Source of the DNA: Mustelus asterias
Taxonomy: Eukaryota
Length of the DNA: 64,000 bases
Assembly (NCBI RefSeq): GCF_964213995.1
Contig: NC_135807.1
Coordinates: 66,340,001-66,404,000, forward strand
Direction: 5' to 3'
Below are positions 1 through 11,479 of this stretch, in pieces; within the stretch, counting starts at the first letter, position 1, and each line of letters opens with the position of its first letter. Made by a program: the position numbers and the translations under genes. The notes below the pieces were generated by a model, which was not told where the DNA came from, did no database searches, and saw only the letters and a program-made list of their open reading frames with translations.

Positions 1-1568
1 TATTTGTTTTTAACTTCCTGACACCGCTTTTCATATCAAACAAAAGATACAAAAAACAGTCCAGCTGTCTTCTCCATACCTCCACTTTTTATACTTGTTG
101 GACACAAAATGATTCTGGAAACTCAGTGTTGAGTTTGCGGATCTCAGCAGCTGAGGTCCTTCAACGAACTGACCTCATCAACTTTGGCTACAGGAAAAAA
201 ATCAGCCAAATTTTGGCACAGGAAATGATCATAAAGTAAATATTCGCTTTTGACAGACTAACCCTTTCTATTTTACATAAATGACAAAGGAATGAAAAGC
301 ATGGAAAAATATGCCAGTTTATAATTACTGTCTGGTATATTTTTTATTTCTCCTCACGAATAACTTATGCACATACAAAAAGAGTTTTTCAATCAACATT
401 ACAAACCTGTTTCTTGAGTAAATATTCGTGCCAAAAATGGGTGGATTCAAGGTATTCTGTCCAATGCTGAATCAGTGAACCATTGAATGTCATAAACAGC
501 ATAATATTGGTTTCTCCCTTTTTAACTTTCTATTTCCCCAATGGTATGGGCATTATTTCCAAACTATCCATGGTTCAAGGTTGAGACCAAACTGAAACAG
601 CTGGGATTGTTTTATTTTTGCATTGCCAGGCACTTTTAGGTTCCTTTCCATCATGCCTAGTGCTGGGAAACAGGTGACATTTGGGAGCTTGCCATCAAGA
701 ATGAGGCCAGGCGTCCTCAGCTGCAGTAGAACATATCACATATTTGGTATTACAGCCGTTTCCTCTAGAAAGTCCAGGGTCATTCTGAATTGCTCTCGAC
801 GAGTTTTCCTACATGCCAGTCCAAGTGCCCAGAAGACTTTATAGATGCATTCTTTTTGGGTAATGTCTTATCTAATGTAATATTTGAATTGATTTCTTGT
901 AACAAAGACTTTCCTGTCTGATCTTCATAAACTTTACGAACTGAAATCTCAGATTCCATAGGTTGATGATTGGTCGAAAATCAGAATAGAATTTCAGGTT
1001 CCCAAACCTTGCTGCTCCCTTGTCAGGCCCGATAGTACTTCCTTCCTGACCTCTCATGACTTCCTGCCTGGGCTTTATCACTGCAAAAAAATGTTATGTA
1101 CTTGCTGTATGGCAGAGGTTGGTTTCAACTCCTTAAATGGTAATCTTATCCTTGACCACATGAAACAAGGAGTAATTTTTAAACTTGTCACCATTTTAAT
1201 GTTCTACTGAGTGTTTAATAAAAATGTCTTTTTCTAAAGTTTTATGAAAACCGCTGAAGAAATAAGCACTGAAAAGTATTGCAACGTTTTGTGTTTGTTA
1301 ATATTCCATGCACATTGTGTTTATTTTTGTCTTATAACGTTGTTGCCAGATTATAGTCTGTCTGTTCCTGATAGTGGCTATGTTTGTGTTAGGGCACGGG
1401 TCAACCTGATAACACTTTGCAGCATCGGTACAATAAGAAACGTTTAAAATGGGAATGATCCAGAAACCAATCAACAAACCCTTTTCTTAAAAGAACCTCA
1501 AGGTTTAAATATAAAATCTTGATATTGAGCGACTGCATTAATGACTCCTGAGTTTTTGCATTCTTACT

Positions 1569-1959
1569 GGGGTATTGTGGTATACTGGGCTACCATGGGC
1601 CTGGACTAATAATCCAGGGAATTAGATCAAATCCCACCATGGTAGTGTGAACATTTTAATGCTGTTTAAAACACCTGGAAATAAAAAGCTGGTATCAGTT
1701 AAAGTGACCATAAAGTTGTTTGAATGTCATAAAAACCCAACTGGGTTGACAAATAAATATTCTTTAAGAAAGGAAATATGCCTTCCTTACCCAGTCTGAC
1801 CTAATTGTGACTCATTCCACACCAACATGGCTGACTCTTAACTGCCTCTTGAACTGACCAAGCAAGGCACTCAGTTGTATTAAACCATCGGCATCTAAGG
1901 ATGGGCAATAAATATGACCATCCCACAGTGTCACCTGCTCAAGAATGAATAAGAAAAGA
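1569..1959 (+). mobile_element. tRNA-headed SINE, family B (3' tail shared with LINE-X)
   Basis: Degenerate A/B-box head (GGACTAATAATCCAG..TCAAATCCCACCATGG), body GAAATATGCCTTCCTTACCCAGTCTGACCTA..GTGACTC and tail GGATGGGCAATAAAT..GAATGAATAAGAAAA. Homologous to 20728-21080 and 51215-51510. Confidence 0.75.
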
Positions 1960-3128
1960 ATTGGAAGTATACTTAAATATGCCTTCAAACTGTGTTTGGT
2001 AACATTCATGTGAAGCACCTTGGGATATTGTACTACATTAAAGATGCTGTTTAAATAAAGTTGTTGTTGCCATACGTTTGTAAATAAGACACCATTTTTT
2101 TTACATTCCCCACATGCATTGCAGTATTTTGCACAGGTCTAACACTTTGAAATGACACTTGCAAATCATCCTTCTCAGACTTGGACCAGACCCAACATCT
2201 CCACAGAAATTATGGGAAACATCAAGTAGGACTCTATATGTTCTCAGAAATTAGACACATTTATAATCAAGTGTTTGCTGAACTGTGAAATCATGGGTTC
2301 AGGTTTACAGTTATTTGTTTTGGAAAACACATTGGAGTATTTTTAAGAATGGCCATGAAGCGAAGACACTGCTTTGGATGGTTGACCTAATTAAAATAAG
2401 TCAGTGATAACTCATATTGTTAATGATTCCCGCTCCTCTGGTACTGTCTCCCTCTCCTTCAATTCTGCCATTATCAGCCAGCCCCTCAAAAAACATTTGA
2501 CCTCTCCGACCTTGTAAATTATGGCTCCATCTTCAACTTCCCTTCCCTTTCCAAAGTCCTTAAATTGCTGGCACCTCCCAAATATGTGTCCATTTTTCCA
2601 GGAACTTCATGCTCGATCCCCTTCAATTAGGCTTCTGCCAAAGTATCAAAATGGCTCTTAGAAAGCTCACAAATAGAATCTAATATGACTGTGACCATGG
2701 TAAACTATTACCCCTTCTCGACTTGCGGCAGCTGTTGATGCAGTTGCTTCCATCCTCCTCCTCCAATGCCTCTCCTACATTGTCCAACTGCAGTCATCTA
2801 GTTCCATTCCTATTTATGCAGGCATGGCCAGAGAACATCTGAAATTCCTTCTCTTCCACTCGCACACTATTACATCTGGAAGCTCCAATCGTCTATCCCT
2901 GGTCCCCATTAATTTCTACTTTACATATTGTCCTTTGACGATATCATTCTAAACCAGACTGAGTTCTATATATATGTTGACAAAAACTCTACCTCACTAT
3001 CTCCTCTCTCAACTCTGCCACTATCTCCAATTTGCCACACTACTTATTGGGTGTATTGATTCAATATTGATTCAATATTGGGTGTGCAAAATTTTCTTCC
3101 AACTGAATATTAGGAAGAATAAGCCATT

Positions 3129-3267
3129 GGGGTAAACCTTCCGGTCCCACCGCAGGAATAGTTGCGGGGGGTTGGGGGGATGAAACTTTGATGGACCATT
3201 TAAAGGTCTGTTGATCTCAGGTGGAAATTTCTGGTCTCAAGATGGGCGCAACCAGAAAACCCTGCCC
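3129..3267. mobile_element. ~130-bp Harbinger/Tourist-like MITE
   Basis: Imperfect TIRs (GGGGTAAACCTTCC / AGAAAACCCTGCCC), 3-bp TSD ATT (3126-3128, 3268-3270), and a central GTCYRTTGAYCTC motif shared with other copies. Confidence 0.7.
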
Positions 3268-3657
3268 ATTGTCTTCAGTCCCCACCACAAACTCTGTACC
3301 CTCGCCATGGATTCTATTCCACTACCACAGCTATCTGAGGCTGTGCAAAATTCTACAAAACAATAGCACTTTATTGGACTCTGAGATGAGTTTCTGACCA
3401 CATATCCATTTCATCACCAAGACTACCTATTTCCACCACCATAACATTGCCCAACTCCACCCGCCTACGTTCACCAGCTGCTAAAACTCTCAACCATGCT
3501 TTTGCTTCCTCTAGACTTGACTTCTTCATTGTATTTCTGGCTAGTCATATATCCTCCCCTCTCCATAAACTTGAGCCCATCTAAAACATTGCTGTCTAAA
3601 TCCTAACACACACCATGTCTCATTCACCCATCATGTCTGTGATAGCTGACCTACATC

Positions 3658-3811
3658 TTTAAAGTTTAAAGTTTATAGTTTATTTATTAGTGTCACAAGT
3701 AGGCTTACATTAACACTGCAATGAAGTTACTATGAAAATCCCCTTGTCACCATACTCCAGCGCCTGTTCGGGTACACTGAGGGAGAATTTAGCATGGCCA
3801 ATGCACCTAAC
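3658..3811 (-). mobile_element. V-SINE 3' fragment (tail type B)
   Basis: The reverse complement reads GTTAGGTGCATTGGCCATGCTAAATT..AACAGGCGCTGGAG..CAGTGTTAATGTAAGCCTACTTGTGACACTAATAAA followed by an (ACTTTAA)n-like tail. Confidence 0.8.
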
Positions 3812-4602
3812 ATCGGCTCCTGATCCAGAAGCACTGCATTTCTGAAATTCTCATCCATGTTTTCAAATCCCTCCACGGCCCCATTGTATGAGCTCCTCCA
3901 CTCTTGTGTCCCTCCAATCTGACTTCCTGCATGTCCCCAGTTTTAATTGTTCTGCAGCTGTTTCTTCAGTTGCCTGGGGCCTTAGTTCTGGAATTACTTC
4001 CTCAGACATCTCCACCTCTCTCCCATTCTTTTATCCTCAAATAAACTCCTCAAAACCTGCCACGTTGACCAAGCTTTGGTCATCAAATATTTTGTTAATT
4101 GTTCGGTGTGCAGTTTTTAGCGATGATGCTCATGTGAAGTACGTTGGGATGTTTTACTGTGTTAAAGGTGCTATACAAAAAATTCTTGTTGTAATGCCTT
4201 TTAAGCTTGCAGAGGATCACAATGAATGTTCAGTTCACATTATTAAGGCAACCTATTTATTTGCTTTTTAAATAGTGCATAGATTTTCCAGGTGGCTTGT
4301 TAAAAAAGGGGCTCCAACTCCTATATTTCCAAATAAATTCAGAAGTTGAAAACATGCTGCCTCAGTTTATTTTCTTTCTACAAATTCCACTAGATCCAAC
4401 CAGTATTAGTCTCATGAGCAAGAAGTTCAGAGTTCCTAATGAACAATCTCTTTATAGATTTGTTTAATTATAGATCGACGTCTTTGTAGTGTTTGTAGTG
4501 TACATAAATATCGACACAGCCATACCACAGGTAGAGATGAAATTGAACAAGATACTTAGAGTGAAAGTTATCAAGCGTGTACAACTGATAACATGAGATC
4601 AC

Positions 4603-4840
4603 GGAGGGAGTTGAAAACATGGATGAGAATTTTAGAAATGCAGATCTTCTGGATCAGGAGTTGATGTTAGGTGCATTGGCCATGCTAAGTTCTCCCTCAG
4701 TGTACCTGAACAGATGCCAGAGTGTGGCGACGAGGGGATTTTTGCAGTAACTTCATTGCAGTGTCAATATAAGCATACTTGTGACACTAGTAAATAAACT
4801 ATAAACTTTAAACTTTAAATATGTAAGTCAGCAATCACAG
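4603..4840 (-). repeat. Inverted duplicate of 3637-3874 (L2 plus nested SINE composite)
   Basis: The reverse complement matches 3637-3874 across both SINE/L2 junctions. Confidence 0.9.
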
Positions 4841-5914
4841 TATTTAAAGGCTATGGCTTTTATTGCTGCCCTTTGTGGCAAATAATTTCACTATTAAGGG
4901 ACAGCAAATGAAGCACATCGTAATATGTACATTCAATAGATGAAGCATTTCAGCACATATAAAACATTGTCTGTATTAAATCACTGAGATGCCATAATCA
5001 ATGGAGATTGAAATTCTGAAGAATAATATTCATGTATATTTGTTCATTTGTGTAAAATCATGCAATAGGCATTCACTAATTTATTTAAATTGTTATCAAG
5101 TTTTTAAAATCATGAATATCAGAATTTTGCACAGTACACTAAAAATAGCACTTGATGAACACGTTGAAGTTTGATTCGCCCATTTCACTTTTGAAGATAA
5201 ATTTGAGTGAATTGTTGTTGACATGCCCTAATGATGGATAAGGACTCGTGTTAAATTTTCTTCTCATTTTACTGGTGGATTATATTTGATTCTTAACTTA
5301 AAAAGTACTGTATATCTGTTGCACTGCAATGGCTTTGTATCCTTTTATGATGTATCAAAAAAGTGCCATTTACATTGTCTGCAATGGCCTTGATTTGTCG
5401 TTATTATGGAATTTGTATTCTTAGTCCCCTGGGAGTGCTAACTCCATGTGATACCTTTGTGTTTTGTGATTATAAAATCTCAATCTGGCATTTATGAGCA
5501 TATAAATAATACTGTGCTGAAAGGGGTGTAAAAACTCTGAACTCTGGAGATTTGACAATAGATGCAGAGTTTATACAAACATGTTCTATGAGTCTCCTTT
5601 CCAGGGAGTGTTCATGGCTGAAGATACTCTGTCTCCTCTCTCAGCCCATTTTGATTAATAAAAGGCAGTTTTGTTAGCAAATGGAAATTACTGTGATTCT
5701 CAGTCGTTACAGCTGCCAACCTTTATATAGCTATTAATGGTCCCTGTTGGCTGTACTGAGGACAATAACAAATTATACGGCAATGTAAACAATGAGAAAA
5801 GCAGTGCAACCAGATTCAGAAAGATTTAAGTCTTTTTGTTAGCTGGGCCAGTAAGTACAATTTATAAATGGACGCTAAGAATGACAAGATGAGTATGTGT
5901 TGAATAGAACAGTC

Positions 5915-6612
5915 TGTGCGCAATCGGGGTCCTGACCTTCTGGTTGCTTGCCATTTTAATACACGATCCTGCTCCCATGCCCACATGTCTGCCCTTGGCT
6001 TGCTGCAATGTTCCAGTGAAGCTCAACACAAACTGGAGGAACAACATCTCATCTTCTGGCTAGGCACTTTACAACCTTCCGGTCTCAACATTGAATTCAA
6101 CAACTTCAGATGATTAGCTCCACCCCACCTCAACCCTTTGTTTTCATTCTATTTTATTTAATTTTTTACTGTTCTCTACCTTTTATTTCTTTATTGTCTT
6201 TCTTCATTTTTCTTCCCACTCTTTCCCCCTATTTTCCACCCCTTCCCTTACCTTCCCCCCTTTTGCTTCTCCTTTTCTAAATCTTACCTCTGTCCCATCC
6301 ATTTTCCTCCTCCCTCCCCCAACATCTTCATTTTAGCTTCTCTGCTGTTTGGCCATTTACACCCTTTATTCTCTATGTGGACAGCTATTAACTGGTTTCC
6401 CTGGCTTCTGTGGCTATGACTCATCTTTCATTCCCTCACCCTGCAGTATAAATATCTCCCACTTTCTATGTCTTTTAGCTTTGACAAAGGGTCACCTGGA
6501 CTCGAAACATCAGCTCTTTTCTCTCCTTACAGATGCTGCCAGACCTGCTGAGATTTTCCAGCATTTTCTCTTTTGGTTTCAGATTCCAGAATCCGCAGTA
6601 ATTTGCTTTATC
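5915..6612 (+). mobile_element. Penelope-like element, 5'-truncated (GIY-YIG C-terminus, 3' UTR, pLTR)
   Basis: ORF 5916-6113 (VACHFNTRSCSHAHMSALGLLQC..KLEEQHLIFWLGTLQPSGLNIEF) matches the PLE endonuclease C-terminal pattern. 10-bp TSD TAGAACAGTC at 5905-5914 and 6613-6622. Confidence 0.9.
6477..6515 (+). ncRNA. Minimal hammerhead ribozyme, U3-A8 core variant
   Basis: AGCT-TTGACAA-A-GGGTC-ACCTG-GACTC-GAAA-CA-TC-AGCT. Stem I is AGCT/AGCT and stem II is GGGTC/GACTC; loop III has lost its palindrome in this copy (ACAT). Confidence 0.65.
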
Positions 6613-7049
6613 TAGAACAGTCAACATGCTGATCGAAGGTTTTTAGGGATTCAGTCCATGCTAGCACTATGTTGAACTGCAATTAAACGGGCAAATGATG
6701 TACTGTTTTTATTAGTAAAGGGACCGACAGCAATTAAAAATAAGCTTTCTTGTCTCATGTGCTCATGGACTCTGACTTTTTTATCCATTAAGGATTATTT
6801 GGGAGTGAGTGATGTAAAGGGCCATGATCATGCAGACTGTAATTGTCTACAATTCCACTGCTGTTGGTGTATTACAACATGGTTTTGTGATGGTGAAATC
6901 AAAATATCAAGGGCATCTAAAACATGTGAGAACAGGGAATGCCTATCAGATTGACAAATCCTTACAGAGTCTGAATCAGAAAATGGCTAAAGTTTTTAAA
7001 GTTTTAAATGTCACTTAGAATATTTAAGTCAATGCCAAGTTCTTTTTAA

Positions 7050-7308
7050 TAGGACCCCAACAATGCAGAAGGAGGCCATTCAGCCCATTGAGCCTGCACC
7101 AACAACAATCCCACCCAGGCTATATGCCAGTACATATTTACCCTGCTAGTCCGCCTGACACTAAGGGGCAATTTAGCATGGCCAATCCACCTAACACACA
7201 CATCTTTAGACTGTGGGAGGAAACTGGAACACCTGGAGGAAACCCATGCAGACATGGGGAGAACGTGCAAACTCCACACAGACAGTGACCTGAGACTGGA
7301 ATTGAACC
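7050..7308 (-). mobile_element. HE1-type V-SINE (partial)
   Basis: Minus strand carries the V-domain GGAGTTTGCACGTTCTCCCCATGTCTGCATGGGTTTCCTCC and a CR1-type tail. Confidence 0.9.
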
Positions 7309-8264
7309 AAATTATGTACAGAGAGGGAAAGAAAGATGGGATAATGAGAGAGAGAGAGAGAAAGAGTGAGAGAAAGAATAAAGGCAGAAATAACAAGAAA
7401 AAAATTTAAAACACCTCCAACAACAATTAAAATGTAAAGGAATGAGAACCAAATTTGAAAAAGATCATTTTTAGCGCCAGAAAGGTTGTTTTGCAGTTAT
7501 TTTGCCAATAAAAGTTCCCTTACACTTGAATAGACAAGTCCTAACTCTTTGAGGTGTATTTTGTTGAATAGCTAGTGGGCAAGTATCTCAATTTCACACC
7601 CTTCATGTATTTCATGTACCAAATGCCATAAATGCCATAACTTCTAGAGGAGCAGAGCAACATAGACAGCCGTTTAGACAGTGTGAGTAATTAGTGGATC
7701 CCAAAGGAATGGAGCTGTCAGTGTAAACTGAGATATTTAAATGTATTAATTAAAGGGATCTGGACTTCACTGGCTAGGCCAGCATTCAATGCCCATTTCC
7801 AATTAACCTTGAGATTCTTCCCACATGCCTCCAGATAATTCTGCAAACCAATGCCCTAATAGGTGGCATGGTCCTGGAAAGCAATGGGAAACTTGCTTAG
7901 TGTTGCTTGGTGTTTCCTAAATCTTTTCTCCTGCTGACTTTTTTTTGAACCCTCTGGTAAATGATGTGTGTGATGAGGGTGGAATCTTACCGCCTTCGTC
8001 TTTGGTGCAACATTGGGATCATTTTTGGGTTTAGAACACAAATCCTCAATGTGTGGACATTGTAGTTGCTCTTTGCCACAGCAAACTGATTAGGAACCTG
8101 CCTCAAAGCTTCCCGGCCAATTAGGGAGAATGAGTGGAATGTTGCACTCATTCTGTTAAAGGAAGGAATTCTATTTAAGGGACCCCGGTAAACTGCAGCG
8201 AAACACACCAGCACATGGATTGATAGGCTGCAGCCACCACAGGACTGGAGAGGAGATTTGTGAA

Positions 8265-8490
8265 GACTGCTCCCCAGGGTTTCTCATTCTCTGAACAGAA
8301 GGTCCTTCTGAGGGATAGGAGGGACTGTGGTAAGTTCAACTTTCCCAAAGATTGGAGAAAGCGGACAACCTCTCCAACTAAAAAGTGTAGACAAAAGTGT
8401 TTGAGGAAGTCAGCAGCAGGAGTGTGATCCCTCCAGTTTGGAGACAGTGCATCAAGGGGGTCCAGGACCTCAGGAGGGTGGGAAATGTGA
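8265..8490 (+). pseudogene. Harbinger Myb/SANT DNA-binding gene relic
   Basis: Hand translation with one frameshift gives FSFSEQKVLLRDRR..FPKDWRKRTTSPTKK / EEVSSRSVIPPVWRQCIKGVQDLRR, matching the Harbinger Myb/SANT-like pattern (FS..E..LL..W.QC.K...DL). Confidence 0.7.
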
Positions 8491-8829
8491 ATGGCAGCAA
8501 AGTGCTAAGGCCCACACTCTAACTTTCCCTACATTCCCCTGCACACCACTCCTCAGAATAATACACCTTGCAGCTCCATTCATTCTTCTATCTCCAGACC
8601 TCTCCACATCCCAATCTGAACAACCCAGACTCACCCACATCCTATTGCACCAATGCCTCACAGTCATTCTCCATAAATAGTGTCCTTCCCACCTCTGTGC
8701 ACCAGCCATTAGCAGCGTTCACATCTCCAAGATTTCTCGCCTTGGTTGGGAAGAAAACACACAGCTTGGTGAGAAGCAGAGACCCTGAGAAAGAGGGATA
8801 GAGGGAGGGGTTGGCTCTTTCGTGACAGG

Positions 8830-9130
8830 CATCAAGTCAGCCATTGGCAATGCATGTCCTCTTAACCCACTTGAAAGGAGTTCTTGTTCCAGGAGGCTGC
8901 AGATGTCAACAGTGACCTGCATGAGAGTTTGCAGCTCCTGAGGGCTCTGGGAGTCACTCACATAGAGAGAACTGATCCCCTGGCTGTAGACTCCTTCCAG
9001 TCTGAAAGTCAGGCAGCTGAGGAGAAGATAGTTGGTGCTGCCGCTGGTGTTGTACCTGCTTCTGCTGCAATGATTGATGGTGTGTTCACTGCTCTTGACC
9101 CTGAGCAGAAGTTGAAGGTGGAGCTGCATA
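8830..9130 (-). pseudogene. Harbinger transposase N-terminal relic
   Basis: ORF 8719-9129 contains VYSQGISSLYVSDSQ..VDICSLLEQELLSSGLRGHALPMA, similar to the N-terminus of the transposase at 13256-13582 (EICTL..HILPVAVKV). Confidence 0.7.
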
Positions 9131-9454
9131 CACTACTCCCAAATTGTGCTAAAGACTGGCAGCAGGAAATAAAGCTGAAATGGGTGGCGTGCTCAGCAGG
9201 TGAAGAGCCTTGCAAGAAGTTGGCAACTGCCTGTCAAGCAGTGAAAGCTCTCAGAGAAGGAGTGCTTTAAACAGTAGTCTCTCAGTGGACATGGCTGGAG
9301 CTCTTCAGTGTAATTGGTCAAAATTTTTCCAGCTTGTTAGTTTCACTGAAGAACCTCACCTTGCAGTGCACTAGCCTTGATAACCCCGGTGGATTGCTTA
9401 CTGGTTGGGAAACGGCCGCTATGGCTGGGAAACCCAGGATTCAGTGTTAAATTA

Positions 9455-9692
9455 AGAATAAAAGCAAATTACTGCAGATACTGGAATCTGAAATCAAAAG
9501 AGAAAATGCTGGAAAATCTCAGCAGGTCTGGCAGCATCTGTAAGGAGAGAAAAGAGCTGCCGTTTCAAGTCTAGATGACTCTTTGTCAAAGCTTTGACAA
9601 ACATCATCTGGACTCAATGTCAGCTTTTTTCTCTCCTTACAGATGCTGTCAGACCTGCTGAGATTTTCCAGTGTTTTCTCTTTTGGTTTCAG
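9455..9692. mobile_element. Palindromic (head-to-head) PLE pLTR-end insertion
   Basis: Arms of ~100 bp about the axis 9591/9592, both homologous to 6477-6612. 15-bp direct repeat TTCAGTGTTAAATTA at 9440-9454 and 9688-9702. Confidence 0.9.
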
Positions 9693-9789
9693 TGTTAAAT
9701 TACTTCTCAAGTGGCTTCTCAACAACTTTCAAACCTGCTGCAGCCAGAAGGATTCCTTTTTCACCTTCAACCTGTCCCAGGGAAAGCCA

Positions 9790-9889
9790 TGATGTGGAGA
9801 TGCCGGCGTTGGACTGGGGTAAACACAGTAAGAAGTTTAACAACACCAGGTTAAAGTCCAACAGGTTTATTTGGTAGCAAAAGCCACAC
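9790..9889 (-). mobile_element. PLE pLTR 3' fragment (family 2)
   Basis: Matches 61234-61297 and 29809-29907 in reverse orientation. TSD AAAGCCA at 9783-9789 and 9890-9896. Confidence 0.85.
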
Positions 9890-10599
9890 AAAGCCAGCAG
9901 AGGGTGGGATCCCATCAGCCTCTTAACCCATATAATTCCTGGGACTTTCCCACCTTGTTCACCCTTAAACTCATCGCCAACAGCTTGGGAAAAGTCCCCC
10001 GAGAACTTGGTCTCCAAATAAATGGTCACTGTTCAGATTTGCCTATAATTTGGTTATGGATTGTACAAATAAAAAAATTCTAAAAAGGCCAACGGCAACT
10101 GTTCACTGTTTAACTTTTTACTTGAGTTCAAGTTAATCTTTGTCCTTGTTTTGAGGAGACTGTTTCCAATTGCTGGTGAGACATTGGAAAAAGTTTCACT
10201 TCATTTGTGAGATTTTTCTATATGTTCAGTGATGTTCATTTATTTGTAAGAAGCCACTTTCAATAGCAAAATCACTCAAAGAATTTTGTGCATAAATAAG
10301 GCGTAATAGCTGGCAGCCAGAATAACTGTTCGATGGTGCAGTTATATGTTTGGGAGTCCAAATAGTAGATTTTCAAGTTTTGAATTCACACATTTGTTCC
10401 AATGCCAGTGTCTCTGGCTTTAGGTTAGATTATTATTTCACTAAAGAGACAACTATTGCAAACCTACTAAAAACTCCAAGTTCTGGTCTTTGTCACATTA
10501 GAATGGAAGGGACAGAAATGTAAAGATTCATTTGATTAATTAGTTTTTAGTCTGTAATGTGATACGATGCATTCACACATTTAATACCAACAGACAACT

Positions 10600-10975
10600 T
10601 ATAATTATTCAGCCCTTCAGAAATAGAAACTATTTAAGGGATTTTACTGAAGAGGGAGAGAAATAAAATGGATTCAATGTAAGAATCGTCACATTGGAAG
10701 AGGTGACAAAGTCTTGATCAAAAGGATGGGTTTTAAAATTGAAGTATAGAAGCAGAGGATTTAAGGAGGAAATTCAGGAGAAGTGGTTTAGGACAAGGAG
10801 AGGTATTAACACACACAAAGCTAGCATCAGAAGACTGAAGGGCGTGGGATGGATTACAAGAATGGAGATCGGGGACAAGCCATGGAGCAATTTGAAAACA
10901 AGGACGAGAATTTTAAATTCAATGCCATTAGCGACAACGAACCATAGTATGTCAGCAAGGGTGGCAATGATTGCA
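10600..10975 (-). mobile_element. Old L2 3' fragment
   Basis: Weak similarity to 18570-18990 (GAATTTTAAATTC..GAACCATAGTATGTCAGCAAG). Confidence 0.5.
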
Positions 10976-11479
10976 AAGTATAATAAAACTTACAGTGGAG
11001 AAGCAGAGTATTTGGCCCAGTGTTTATGTTCCATATGAGCTTCCGCTCATTCTACTTCATCTAACCCTCGTGAACATATCCTTCTATTCTTTTCTCCCTC
11101 ATGTGCTTATCTAACTTCTCCTAATTTCACACCAACTACACCCTATGGGATCTAGTTCCATATTCAAAACACTTTTTGGGTAGATGACTTTTTCTTTAAG
11201 TCCCCATTGGATTTATTAGTGACCATCTTATATTTATGGCCCCTAGTTCTTGTCTCACCAGCAATTGGAAACACCTTCTATACGTCTACCCTTTCGAACC
11301 ATTTCATAATCTTGAAAACCTCTATCAGGTCAGATCTCTGTCTATTCTTTCTAGAGAAAGGTGCAGTTCTCTCCATTGACAGAATGCCAAAGCATTGGGA
11401 AACCTCCAGGCTGCAGAAGCTTCTGCTGTCACAAGTGAGTTCTCATAAACTCCTTCTTATGTATCTCACAGGGTCAGTT

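Larger units (their letters stand above)
2420..4192 (+). mobile_element. Degraded L2-clade LINE (3' part of RT ORF plus tail)
   Basis: Homologous to the minus-strand L2 at 18562-19885. It ends in the tail TGTGAAGTACGTTGGGATGTTTTACTGTGTTAAAGGTGCTATAC..TTGTTG. Interrupted by a MITE and a SINE fragment. Confidence 0.75.

Noticed and set aside
766-1080. Minus-strand frame interrupted only by TGA codons (selenoprotein-like readthrough)
   Set aside because: No recognisable selenoprotein similarity, no SECIS identified, and the TGA contexts are not Cys-like.
4474-4530. 57-nt AG/GT-bounded plus-strand segment in the loop of the inverted duplication
   Set aside because: The donor is weak (GTAGAG), the peptide is unrecognisable and there are no partner exons.
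6757-6954. Cys-rich ORF (DCNCLQFHCCWC) reminiscent of a Wnt C-terminus
   Set aside because: The spacing does not fit C.C.FHWCC.V.C..C and no other Wnt exons are present, so it is likely chance.
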